Of a stretch of DNA of 64,000 nt, positions 45,310 through 55,439 are shown piece by piece. The position numbers were made by a program, and so were the translations under genes. A model generated the notes under the pieces. It saw only the letters and a program-made list of their open reading frames with translations. It was not told where the DNA came from and searched no databases. Numbering within the stretch: the stretch's first letter is position 1; every line of letters starts with the position of its first letter. The DNA is taken from contig CAVRUH010000007.1 in assembly GCA_963724325.1 (NCBI GenBank), positions 138,095-202,094 on the forward strand. Reading direction: 5' to 3'. The stretch comes from Waddliaceae bacterium. Its GTDB lineage: Bacteria > Chlamydiota > Chlamydiia > Chlamydiales > Waddliaceae.

Positions 45310-46119
45310 ATGTTACAGTATATTTTAAATTTTGCAGTTGCTTTTGTAAGCATTGCGGGGATTATTCATGCATCTGAAGTTTCAGATCAGGAACTTTCAA
45401 GTAAAATCCATGATAAGATTGGTTCTGGTTATTTTTCTAAAGGCTATGATCAAGTTACTGTTCAAGTTAAAGATGGTGTTGTTACTTTACAAGGTCAAGT
45501 ACAAAATATTGATGATAAAAACAAATTAGATAAAGAAGTTAGAAATATGAATGGTGTAAAGGAATTAAACAGTGAAGTTACTGTTGTTGAAAAAGGAAAA
45601 GACAATAGATCCCATGAATTTGCTCAAGATACTTACTTGACATCTGCTGATGAACAATTAAATAATAAAATTAGAGATAAGGTAAGCCGCGGATGGCTCT
45701 GGAATAGTTACAAAAATGTTAAATTAAAAACTTCAAACGGAGTTGTGACTCTTGAAGGTAATGTTAATGATCTGAGTGACCAGCAAAAAATTATGACAGA
45801 GATTCAAAAAGTTGAAGGTGTAAAACAAGTTAAAAGCGACCTGAAAATAAATAATGTTCCTCAAACAAAAAAAGACTTTAAACAAGATACTTTTGCAAGT
45901 CAGGCAGATGAAGCATTAAATAGAAAGATTCGAAATGATGTTAGTCGAGGATGGCTTTGGGATAGTTATAAAGAAGTTGTATTGAATACTTCCAATGGCA
46001 ATGTGACTTTAGAGGGGAATATTGATACTACAGAAGATCAACAGAAACTTATAAATGAAATACAACAAGTTCCTGGAGTGAAATCTGTAACAAGCAATTT
46101 GAATATTAAAAAACCTTAA
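45310..46119 (+). CDS. Exported triple-BON-domain protein (OsmY-like)
   Basis: Three repeats of the VTV/LKTSNGVVTLEG.V....Q.....E...V.GVK.V.S.L type. Confidence 0.85.
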   Translation: MLQYILNFAVAFVSIAGIIHASEVSDQELSSKIHDKIGSGYFSKGYDQVTVQVKDGVVTLQGQVQNIDDKNKLDKEVRNMNGVKELNSEVTVVEKGKDNRSHEFAQDTYLTSADEQLNNKIRDKVSRGWLWNSYKNVKLKTSNGVVTLEGNVNDLSDQQKIMTEIQKVEGVKQVKSDLKINNVPQTKKDFKQDTFASQADEALNRKIRNDVSRGWLWDSYKEVVLNTSNGNVTLEGNIDTTEDQQKLINEIQQVPGVKSVTSNLNIKKP

Positions 46120-46369
46120 CTATAAGGAGATCCCATGGGAAAATTCCTATTGTTATGGTTATTAGGTGTTCCGTTAAGTGTACTTATTATCCTAAAAATT
46201 TTTGGTATTATTTAGAACAACTGAACGGGTAATATTTATTACCCGTTTTACTTTAAAACTAGGGTATTAAATTAAAAAAGGTTTAATATGAGTTTAGAAG
46301 ACTTAGCAAGAAGGCTAACATGCCTTCAGTCAAGGAGAAAAAGCAAAAACAAAAGAAGGGGGTAAAATT

Positions 46370-46570
46370 ATGTTGGGTTTAGCAATTTTATTTTTAATTA
46401 TAGCTCTTATTGCAGGTGTACTAGGTTTGCCTGGGGTGGCAGCAATTTCTGTTGAAATTTCCAAAATACTTTTTGTAGTATTTATTATTATTTTCATTGT
46501 GACGTTGATTTTCGGAGTGGGCATATTTAGTCCAACACCAGTGGTAACAACGACGCCTGTGGTGCATTGA
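46370..46570 (+). CDS. DUF1328 (YtjA-like) small membrane protein
   Basis: MLGLAILFLIIALIAGVLGLPGVAAISVEISKILFVVFIIIFIV matches the UPF0391 pattern. Confidence 0.7.
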   Translation: MLGLAILFLIIALIAGVLGLPGVAAISVEISKILFVVFIIIFIVTLIFGVGIFSPTPVVTTTPVVH

Positions 46571-46798
46571 TTAAGCAGAGGCAGGAGAAATTTTGTCATT
46601 TTGTTTAATTTTGGGTTGGGGACTTTCTGTGAAAATAAGTCCAAGACCTAAAATTAGCAAAATGATAAAAATGATTAAAAAGAGTGTAAATAGGAATCTC
46701 GATATTTCCATTGAAAATATAGCAACACCCCGTAATCCTTTATATCCGATAATTAAAGCGAAAATTAAAAAAATAATTGATAATCCAAGCATAGACAC
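46571..46798 (-). CDS. DUF1328-like small membrane protein (convergent paralog)
   Basis: MSMLGLSIIFLIFALIIGYKGLRGVAIFSMEISRFLFTLFLIIF. Its stop abuts the stop of 46370-46570 with zero spacer. Confidence 0.6.
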   Translation of the reverse strand: MSMLGLSIIFLIFALIIGYKGLRGVAIFSMEISRFLFTLFLIIFIILLILGLGLIFTESPQPKIKQNDKISPASA

Positions 46799-46862
46799 TC
46801 TTTTTTTGCTACTATTACATGAATATAGCTGTTTTGGAATGTTGTCAATAGGATATTTTTAA

Positions 46863-47288
46863 TTAATGATTGCATTTGGACACAGAAGGTTCTATTAGTA
46901 AGGACTGCACTATCTCACCCACATCAGCTAGCGGGCAGGAAAGACGGGTGATGTCAGGATGATGATAGAATGCATTTGTCTGAGGTCCAAGTTCAAAAAG
47001 TAAAGGGTCTTCGCTATGAAGAAAAACTTTTTTTCCCCTTGCGATTGCAAACCCAAGCTCCAGGTGAGTACCGCCGCCTCCAGGAAGGAGAACAACTACA
47101 AAATCGGCATCCGAAACGCCTTGTAGTTCAAGAGCAGCCACTTCTTGAAGGCGTTCTTTGCTAATAGACTTTACACTCCCATGCCAAGTCCAATCATACG
47201 AGAGTTCATGACCGCATATTTTTAAGGAATCTCTTACCACATGATGTGAGGTCGCTCTTGAAAGGGATGTTGCTATATAAAACTTCAT
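46863..47288 (-). CDS. Nucleoside 2-deoxyribosyltransferase-like protein
   Basis: MKFYIATSL... and DADFVVVLLPGGGGTHLELGFAIARGKKVFL resemble the family fold and catalytic Glu context. Weak assignment. Confidence 0.45.
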   Translation of the reverse strand: MKFYIATSLSRATSHHVVRDSLKICGHELSYDWTWHGSVKSISKERLQEVAALELQGVSDADFVVVLLPGGGGTHLELGFAIARGKKVFLHSEDPLLFELGPQTNAFYHHPDITRLSCPLADVGEIVQSLLIEPSVSKCNH

Positions 47289-47957
47289 AAGATTTTTTGG
47301 GGTTTATGATTAAAGAACAAAGTCTAACAGTCATTTTGGATTTTGTCGAGTTAAAAGTTAGCTTATTTTTGTTAAATAACAAAAAAAATTGATAGATTTT
47401 TTGATCTTTTTATAGTAAAATTATATGGAAACTAAGTGGGGAGAGGATTGCGATGAATAAAGTAAATATAAAAAATAAAAAGGTCAATCAATTGATTGTT
47501 AGTTTTTCGTCGTCTGTAAAATCAATAAGCTATCTTCAGTTGAAAGAAGCCGATGACCTCCGATCATGGGACCCGGCCAATTTTATGCTTGCATAAAATT
47601 CAAGAAACGTGTACCATTCTATTAACTTTGCAGAATATTGCCAAAGTGAAACTCATTTAGGAGAATGAAATGAATACAATACAATTTGATTATGGAGCGC
47701 GGTTAATCCCTGTGCAATCCAATCGTTATCTCAATTCTTTGTCAGCGTCTGTTTCCTCCATTCATCATCTTTCCCATCATCACGAGCATCCAGCTCATTA
47801 ATAGTTCCCTGTAAATTTTTATTAAAATTCAGGATTAGATTGAGTCATTTAGAGGCTTCCATCTCATTCAGAATCAAAACATATTTTAGATAAATTTATT
47901 AACGATTCACCTGTTCACTAGTTTATGTGGAAGGTGGAAATAATTTGAGGATTTTTT

Positions 47958-48617
47958 ATGAAACCAAAATCAATTGGCATTATTGGCGGAGCTGGCCCTT
48001 TGGCAGGAGCTTTGTTGCTTGAACGTATACTTATCCTTTCGGGAAGTGAATATGGGTGTTATAAAGATGCAGATTTTCCAGAAGTAATTCTTCTTAGTTT
48101 TCCTTTTTCGGAAATGTTGACTCCTGAAAGAGACGTCTTGCAAATTGCGAAGAGAGCTGAGTGAGTGTTTAAATCGATTACGTAAAAATGGCGCTGCTGT
48201 TCTAGCTATAGCTTGCAATACACTGCACGCATTTTTAGAGGAGAATGAAGATTTGTCAGATCTCATACACCTGCCGCGAGTGGTAGCAGAGGAGATTCCT
48301 GCATCAGAGGTACCATTGGTCCTTTGCACCTCAACATCTGTTCAATTTGGGGTACATAAACAGTTTTTCCCTTGCGTGTATCCAGATTCAAAGACTCAGT
48401 TGCAGGTGGATGGGATCATTGACCGAGTTCTAAAGGGAGAAATCAAATTGTCGATGAGTTGTTGACGATTCTTCGGGCTCAGGAGGCACGTACAGTTGTA
48501 TTGGGATGTACCGAATTATCCCTTTTTACGAAAAGTTTATCTGTAAGTGATCTGATAATCATAGATCCGTTAGAGGTTGCAGCAAAAAAAGTATTAGAAA
48601 AAAGTTTTTTAAAATAA
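47958..48617 (+). pseudogene. Asp/Glu/hydantoin racemase-family gene with two frameshifts
   Basis: Three consecutive frames carry IGIIGGAGPLAGALL, AVLAIACNTLHAF and RTVVLGCTELSLF, the conserved racemase blocks including both Cys motifs. Confidence 0.7.
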
Positions 48618-48629
48618 TAGGAGTTAATT

Positions 48630-49643
48630 GTGTTTTCAATTGTAGAAAAATCAGAAATGTCAACTTTCCCTGCCACAATGCAGGAAGAATTCGTTTCTAT
48701 TAAGCTCTTTAAGGAACCGTGTTCTCCAGATATGGTGGTTGAGGAGATAGCAAGCATTAAAGGTCCAGTGGATGTTTATTGCTGGTATGAAGGGGTCTCT
48801 GGTCTTCCGATAGCTGGCGCCAAATTTATGAAGCAGAATATTTTGGAGCCTCTTGCTAAACAAAAGGTAGATGTAAAATTATGTCTTTATTCACTTCGAG
48901 GGTGGGACTTTAAAGAAGGCATTTCAAACATGCCGGTTTTAACGACTTTGGGAGAGGCGATTAATCGCATCAATACGAAGGTTATTGAGTGTTTTTACTC
49001 ATCCTCATTTTTTCGGTATTGTGCCGATGTGTCAGATAAGGTTGCTCTTTATGAATATTTAAATAAGGAGTTACCCAAAAAGGTGCGACTCATCAAACAT
49101 TCAGAAGGTCGAGAGCCATGCGGCATATCGATAGGGAAATTTTTTGAGGAGAGAGTGTCATTATTTGATTGCATCAACGAGATGGATGTCTGTAAATCTT
49201 ACTCATTGATGCAGTACATCGAGGGTTATTACCTGATTCAAGAATCAATTAAGAGGGGATTAGAGCAGGGACGAAGGCAAATTGAAATTGCTTTTGTACT
49301 TCCCAATGATGAAGGTGAATATTATTTAGAGCTTCCGGATGAGATTGAAAGAATGCTTAAATTGGATTTCGGTGCAAAACTTACAAATATCAAGGTCAAC
49401 ATTACTTTTAGATTTTTTAAGTACAAAAATAGTCTAAAAGCTAGGCCATATAACGACCAATGGGGACAAAAGGTAGAAGCCGAAGAAATCGGCGCCTTAT
49501 CTACCAAAATGCCCTCAAAAATTAATTTAAAAGGAGAATTTAAAGATGAATGTTTCAATTTTTGTTTCTATGCTGTTTATCTTGCAGTTTATTTATTGGG
49601 CTGTGGGAAGACGGTCTTCAAAAAATTTGAGTGGCAAGGATGA
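48630..49643 (+). CDS. Hypothetical protein
   Basis: 337-aa ORF, GTG start with AGGAG upstream. No motif. The 3' end overlaps the transporter gene by ~100 nt, so the true end is uncertain. Confidence 0.45.
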   Translation: MFSIVEKSEMSTFPATMQEEFVSIKLFKEPCSPDMVVEEIASIKGPVDVYCWYEGVSGLPIAGAKFMKQNILEPLAKQKVDVKLCLYSLRGWDFKEGISNMPVLTTLGEAINRINTKVIECFYSSSFFRYCADVSDKVALYEYLNKELPKKVRLIKHSEGREPCGISIGKFFEERVSLFDCINEMDVCKSYSLMQYIEGYYLIQESIKRGLEQGRRQIEIAFVLPNDEGEYYLELPDEIERMLKLDFGAKLTNIKVNITFRFFKYKNSLKARPYNDQWGQKVEAEEIGALSTKMPSKINLKGEFKDECFNFCFYAVYLAVYLLGCGKTVFKKFEWQG

Positions 49644-50922
49644 TTATTTCTTAGCTGGAAAAACTGTAAGGCTTTTTCCTTTGATGATGACATTTCTAGC
49701 TACACAAGTAGGTGGGGGACTAGTTCTTGGAGCCGCTGAAGAGGCCTATATATTTGGATGGCCAGTGCTATTATATCCTCTGGGATCTGCTCTTGGGCTT
49801 ATGTTGCTTGGGTGCGGCATTGGTCGTAGATTAGCAGGTTTTCAAGTTTCCACTGTTTCGCAAATCTTTGAAGTGGTCTACGGATCGCCATTTTTAAGAA
49901 AAATAACATCGATTTTATCGGTGATCGCTTTGTTCATGGTGCTTGTGGCGCAAATCATAGCCTCAAACAAGTTTTTGATTAGCATGGGGTTCAGCAATGT
50001 TCCTCTTTTCATTGTGTTTTGGGCAATTGTGATTATCTATACTGCGCAGGGAGGACTGAAAGCAGTGATCTCCACTGACATGGTTCAGGCAGCTTTCTTT
50101 TCGTTTATTTTTCTGCTTTGTTTTGGATTTGTCCTTTATACAAATACTTCAATCGCATCAGTGGGATTGCCGCAATTGGAGCAATTTTCAGAGGTTTCTT
50201 CAAAATTTTGTGGATGGCTTTTAATGCCCCTTCTTGTTGTAGTGATAGAACAAGATTATGCGCAACGTTGCTTTGCAGGTAATTCTCCCAAAATTGTAAC
50301 CAAGGCCTCCTTCCTAGCTGGTATTTTCACCATGATTGTTTGTATTGTACCCGTTTTCTTTGGTGCCCTCGCAAATAGTATGAATCTCGAAATCCCTGCG
50401 GGAAGCAGCGTATTAATGGAAGTGATTGCAATAACCACAAATCCGTGGATTGCGGCACTTGTCGGATGTGCAGTGTTGGCTGCAATTATTTCAACAGCTA
50501 CTTCCCTTATCAACGCCATTAGCTCGAATTTATCGAGTGACTTTAAATTAGCCGTTCTTGAACGTTTCGATACGATACGTATAGTGCAATGGACCACCTG
50601 TACTATTTCGATCGCAGCCATATTTTTCGCATTCTATTTTGATAATATCGTTGATATGTTGATTCAAAGTTATGAGCTTTCGGTTAGCTGTATGTTTGTT
50701 CCCGTTCTTATTGCTTTGTTTAAGAAAAGAGGAAATTTTCTGGCGGCATGTATTGCTATGATATTTGGTGCTTTAGCATTTGTTTACTTTCGGATATGCC
50801 CTATAGAGTTTCCAAGAGAAATTGCGAGTATCTTGTTATCGTTCATGGGATATTTTTTGGGTGAAATGATCGCTAGGTACAGTGCAAGTAAGATCAAGTC
50901 GGTTGAAAGAGCAGTTTTATGA
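49546..50922 (+). CDS. Sodium:solute symporter (SSF) family transporter
   Basis: 458 aa with about 12 TM segments. DYFLAGKTVRLFPLMMTFLATQVGGG is typical of PutP/PanF-type SSF proteins. Confidence 0.85.
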   Translation: MNVSIFVSMLFILQFIYWAVGRRSSKNLSGKDDYFLAGKTVRLFPLMMTFLATQVGGGLVLGAAEEAYIFGWPVLLYPLGSALGLMLLGCGIGRRLAGFQVSTVSQIFEVVYGSPFLRKITSILSVIALFMVLVAQIIASNKFLISMGFSNVPLFIVFWAIVIIYTAQGGLKAVISTDMVQAAFFSFIFLLCFGFVLYTNTSIASVGLPQLEQFSEVSSKFCGWLLMPLLVVVIEQDYAQRCFAGNSPKIVTKASFLAGIFTMIVCIVPVFFGALANSMNLEIPAGSSVLMEVIAITTNPWIAALVGCAVLAAIISTATSLINAISSNLSSDFKLAVLERFDTIRIVQWTTCTISIAAIFFAFYFDNIVDMLIQSYELSVSCMFVPVLIALFKKRGNFLAACIAMIFGALAFVYFRICPIEFPREIASILLSFMGYFLGEMIARYSASKIKSVERAVL

Positions 50923-51572
50923 AAAGTAGAATTGCAACAATCGCGGAGTTGCAGCAAATTAGGTGCTGTGAAAATGGAGAGCTTCTTGTGAGTTTGACTG
51001 ACGAATGCCCTGATATCATTTGTGAGTATCGCAGAAAAGATTCTGACCAGAACAAAGTTTTGGTCAGAAAATCTGTTTGTAAAAGGCTGCAAAAGGTGCA
51101 AAGCAAGCTTTGTGCTTACGATTCTCAACTGAGACTTTTGGTTGTAGAGGGATACCGGAGCCCTGTTTATCAGGAGTCTTACTATTTGAAAGAACTTCTC
51201 ACTCAATATAAGGAAGAGCCTGACTTGGACTTTGAGGCCCTTTTGGAGAGGGTGCATCAATTAGTCGCCCTTCCAAGTGTTGCCGGGCACCCCACCGGTG
51301 GAGCTATTGATTTATCAATTGTGCGTGGTGAAGATGAATTGGATATGGGAGGGAGAATTGCAGACTTCAGTATTCCAGCAATGCTTCCAACGCATTCACC
51401 ATTTATCACCCCGGAGCAAGCAAAATGGCGCTTTCAGCTTCATGATTTAATGGTTGATGAAGGTTTTGCGCCATTTTATGGAGAGTGGTGGCACTTTTCC
51501 TATGGAGATCGTGAATGGGCTGCATTTTATGGCATGCAAGAAGCATTTTACACTTCAATTTTATTGTGTTAA
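50919..51572 (+). CDS. ddpX: D-alanyl-D-alanine dipeptidase (VanX/DdpX, peptidase M15D)
   Basis: VVEGYRSPVYQ, AGHPTGGAIDLSI and GEWWHFSYGD. ATGA overlap with the transporter gene. Confidence 0.85.
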   Translation: MKSRIATIAELQQIRCCENGELLVSLTDECPDIICEYRRKDSDQNKVLVRKSVCKRLQKVQSKLCAYDSQLRLLVVEGYRSPVYQESYYLKELLTQYKEEPDLDFEALLERVHQLVALPSVAGHPTGGAIDLSIVRGEDELDMGGRIADFSIPAMLPTHSPFITPEQAKWRFQLHDLMVDEGFAPFYGEWWHFSYGDREWAAFYGMQEAFYTSILLC

Positions 51573-51603
51573 AAATTTGATGCCCTTGTATGAAGACTTT
51601 TGG

Positions 51604-52389
51604 TTACTTGGTTTTTACAGCTCCCATAATTTTTTCGATGAGTGGGGATGAAAGTGCCAAGTATGCTATTTTATTTCGGATATCTTTCGGCATTTTCTGT
51701 GTAGAATGGTATCGTTCCGTGAAATGCTTCCAAGCGCAAAAAACACTGAGTAATGATTTATAATGAGGATTATGTGATAATTCGGAATTGGAATCGCTTG
51801 TACAAATAAGGTTTATTGTAATAGTATCAATATTTGACTGATTCCTAAGATTTTTAATTACTTTGCATTTGCATAAATCGTGCAATAAGATTAAAGAAGC
51901 CATTAAAGATGTTTTGTACGTTGCATCCTCCTTGGACCACTCTATATGATCAGGTCGAGTATTTTTAAAAATGCCTAGATCATTACTCAAATAATCATCA
52001 GAAAGTTGCTCAAGATTGAAGGTTTCCGATCGCAACTGAGTATCATCTTTTAAAAGTTTTTCTAGTAATATTTTTTGAAAATCGGAAGAATTATTCATTG
52101 ATGCAAAGGCAACCAGCAGTAAGGCAGTTTGGCCTTTTGAAGGATAACTATTATCACAGGCTGGTAGTTGTAAAAGTTTCACCATATTTGGAATATTCCG
52201 TGAGCGATGATCGTCTTTTATTTCATTTGCAGAATCTATCATGGCTTTCCCCAATGCCTTAAAGTCTGTAAAAAAATAATTGGGGTTATTTGCGTGAAGA
52301 TTACTTGCCGTTGGTGTATAGAAATAAAGGTTTGTTAAATAATAATTCTCGTCAAGTGGATCAAAATTACTCATAATAGCTGCGTGCAT
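51604..52389 (-). CDS. Hypothetical protein, tandem paralog 1
   Basis: 261 aa. Shares FKALGKAMIDSANEIKDDHRSRNIPN..., ALLLVAFASM and the C-terminal SPLIEKIMGAVKTK with 52594-53457. Confidence 0.6.
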   Translation of the reverse strand: MHAAIMSNFDPLDENYYLTNLYFYTPTASNLHANNPNYFFTDFKALGKAMIDSANEIKDDHRSRNIPNMVKLLQLPACDNSYPSKGQTALLLVAFASMNNSSDFQKILLEKLLKDDTQLRSETFNLEQLSDDYLSNDLGIFKNTRPDHIEWSKEDATYKTSLMASLILLHDLCKCKVIKNLRNQSNIDTITINLICTSDSNSELSHNPHYKSLLSVFCAWKHFTERYHSTQKMPKDIRNKIAYLALSSPLIEKIMGAVKTK

Positions 52390-52593
52390 AAAAAACTCCT
52401 TGTTTGTGATTAAAATTATTTAATTCTTTTTCTGGATCATCGACTTAACTTTGATTTTTCAACAAAAAGCGCAGTAAATATCCAAATTTCCTATATTATA
52501 ATAAAATTTCGGGATTTGTCAATCCGCTTTGCCATTTGATATTTTGTGGTTTGCATTTATTTTCTTTAAGATATGCCCTATGCAAAGCAAGCT

Positions 52594-53457
52594 TTAATTT
52601 GCTTCATGATTTTTGGTTTTTACAGCTCCCATAATTTTTTCGATGAGTAAGGGTGAATATGCCTGATATACCAAGCTTGTTATTTTCTTTAGGATATCTT
52701 TCGGCATCTTCAGACTAGTGTATTGTACCATATCATACTTCCAAGCGCAAAATAATGTTAGTAATGATTTATTGAGTAAGGATATATCAAGAGGAATAGG
52801 TGATAACTTGGAATCTGTACAAATATTGTTTATTGCAATACTATCAATATTTTTTCCATCATAAATAGTTTCAATTACTTTGCATTTTACTAAATCGTAC
52901 ATTAAGATTAAAGAAGCCATTAAAGATGTCTTGAACATTGTATCATGTTGTTGTTTTTCTGAAGGGGTTCCCTTAAATTCGTGCAAGCCAAACTTTTTCT
53001 CGTACATGTGTACAGGTGTGTTTTGATCAATTTTAAAATTTTTTAGCTCACTACTCAAATAAGTATATGAAAGTTCATCAACATCGAAGACTTCCGACTT
53101 TAAACTAGTATACGACATAATAAATCGATTTGTTAAAAGTTTTTCTATTATTTTTTTTTTAAATTCGGAGAAAGTATCCATTGATGCAAAGGCAACTAGC
53201 AGTAAGGCCTTTTGGGCTTTTGAAGGATAACTATTATCACTTAGTGGTTGTTGTAAATTTTTCACTATATTTGGAATATTTCGTGAGCGATGACCTGTTT
53301 TTATTTCATTTGCAGAATCTATCAAGGCTTTACTCAAGGCCTTAAAGTTTGTATAATAATAATCGGCGTCTTTGGCGTGAAGATCTAGGCCCCAATCGAT
53401 TCTTATTTTTTCACTGGCATCATAAAAGATAGGAAGACTATTATCAGGTACGTTCAT
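52594..53457 (-). CDS. Hypothetical protein, tandem paralog 2
   Basis: 287 aa. Paralog of 51604-52389. The ~150-bp upstream regions are also homologous. Confidence 0.6.
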   Translation of the reverse strand: MNVPDNSLPIFYDASEKIRIDWGLDLHAKDADYYYTNFKALSKALIDSANEIKTGHRSRNIPNIVKNLQQPLSDNSYPSKAQKALLLVAFASMDTFSEFKKKIIEKLLTNRFIMSYTSLKSEVFDVDELSYTYLSSELKNFKIDQNTPVHMYEKKFGLHEFKGTPSEKQQHDTMFKTSLMASLILMYDLVKCKVIETIYDGKNIDSIAINNICTDSKLSPIPLDISLLNKSLLTLFCAWKYDMVQYTSLKMPKDILKKITSLVYQAYSPLLIEKIMGAVKTKNHEAN

Positions 53458-53609
53458 AAAAAAACTCCTTGTTTGTAATTAAAATTATTTATTTTTTTCT
53501 GGATTATTGACTCAAGTTTGATTTTTCATCAAAAAATGCATAAAATATCCAGATTTTATAAATTATAAATAAAATTTCGGGATTTGTCAATTCCTATTTA
53601 ATATGGTTT

Positions 53610-55439
53610 CGGGAAAGTAGGGGCACATGTTGACCCCCCTACCACCTATGATAAGATTAAATTAAAGTGTTTAGGAACCAAATATAAAGAGAAATTAATG
53701 TATGCAATGAAAGTTTATTATGAAGATATAAAAATAATTTTAAACATTCCTAGAAAAATTTGAATATAATAAGGCAATGAAAATTAAAGTTGGCTTCGAT
53801 TGTGCATTGCCACCACTGCCCTGCGAAATTCTGCTGGTTGTATGGTTAGCGATAAATCATCCCCTGTTATTTTATCTTTCACATACTTCTCATAAACGTT
53901 CAGGCTTTGCCAAGGATGATCTTTCATAAATAGCTTGAGAAATTCGAGATTGTTATGACAGTTATCGTTTACTACGGGAGAGCCGTCTTTGAGTAGCTTA
54001 TGTATCCACCCCCCGATATTTTTGATTTGTTATCCTTCGTGTATTCTTTTATAGGCAAATTTCACTACATCTACTAAGCGTTGTGAATGGTATTTTCTAG
54101 TCCAATAATTAAGAGTGTCATCATCTACATTAAGCTTTTGCTCCTTTAGCCATAAATATACCCTATTTTGTTCCGCGGTTAATTTGTAGGGTGACTTGCT
54201 GTTGATTTCGTTGGTTTTACTGGTATTATTCAGATGCATACTTCTACCTCCAATTTGGCATGCAATATGCATATTTATATCAAGAATTTGTTTTAAAAAA
54301 AAGACTTCATTACTAGGATGACCTTCGAGTAAAGGAGGCATCCGTAATGAAGTCAAAACATGAACCAACACCGTACTGTAATATGGTTAACAAAAGAAGT
54401 AAAGCAGAACAAGAGGCAATTCGCTTGCAAATGGTGAGATATGCCGAAAAACATGGGAAAAATGCTACCGAAAAGAAATTTGGGTGTAGCAAAAATACTG
54501 TTGATCTTTGGGTTGAAAGATATAAAATTGAAGGACGTTCCGGACTAGTTAATCGTAGCCGGGCCCCTAAGAATATTCCACATAAAACATCTCAGGAAGA
54601 CGAAGATTATATCGTTAAGTGTCGCAAGGAAGTTCCGTGTTACGGACCGAAACGACTGAAATGGTTTTTTGAGATTAAGGCTTCTGAAGATGCTATAAGA
54701 AGGATTCTTAAGTCCAGGGGCTTGGCAAGAAAGCGAAAGAAAAAGCACCATACAAAAAACGATCTCCGAGCAATTAAGGCAAAATATAAAGCACTCACAC
54801 ACCATCAAGAAGATGTTAAGCATCTGAAGGACATTCCGTATTATTGGACACAAATGCAATCACTAGGCCTTCCTAAATATCAATATACGATTAGAGATAC
54901 GAAAAGTGGTGGTACAGTTTTAGGATTCGCTGATGAATACAGTGAACAGTATTCAATACTATTCACTTCGTTTTATTTAGATTGGCTAAAGTATTTCAAG
55001 GTTGATTTGAGTGAAGTAATTGTGCAGACGGACAATGGAAGCGAATTTGGTGGTGGAAGGCAACGCGGTGTAAAGGTGGATGGATTTGTCGATCTTATAG
55101 AGAGTCGGTTTGGTGCCAAGCATAATTATATTCCTCCGAGTATGAGCAATGCGAATGCAGATGTCGAAAGTATACACAATACGATTGAAGTTGAATTTTT
55201 TGATTTAGAGAAGTTCAGTTCAAGGGATGATTTCTTCATAAAGACTCAAATGTATCAAAATTTCTATAATTTTTCGCGACCTAACTTTTCTAAAAAAGCT
55301 AAGACACCTGTACAAATAATAACAGAAGATAGAAATATTAGCCCGTCCGTGTTATTTACACCTATAGTTGATCTCGATAAATTATATAGAAGTCAGTTTT
55401 TCCCTGGAGAGGGGGGTCAACATGTTCCCAATTTGTCCG
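53610..55439 (+). mobile_element. IS481-type insertion sequence (~1.83 kb) flanked by a 15-bp direct repeat
   Basis: Imperfect ~31-bp terminal inverted repeats sharing ACATGTTGACCCCCCT (53625-53640, and the reverse complement at 55410-55425). The direct repeat TATTTAATATGGTTT lies at 53595-53609 and 55440-55454. Confidence 0.75.
53784..54239 (-). pseudogene. Passenger ORF inside the IS, interrupted by an in-frame TAA
   Basis: MHLNNTSK...VKFAYKRIHEG*QIKNIGGWIHKLLKDGSPVV...; stop at 54027-54029. GGAGG precedes the ATG at 54239. Divergent from the transposase gene. Confidence 0.4.

Noticed and set aside
46330-46862. ORFs 46330-46644 (-) and 46593-46862 (+)
   Set aside because: They are antisense shadows of the two DUF1328 genes. 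Their hydrophobic, low-complexity translations are what such overlaps typically produce.
51604-53457. F-box-like motif at the C-terminus of the tandem paralogs (MPKDI..KI..L)
   Set aside because: It is only a short LP-like resemblance, it sits at the wrong end of the protein, and it lacks the downstream F-box helices.
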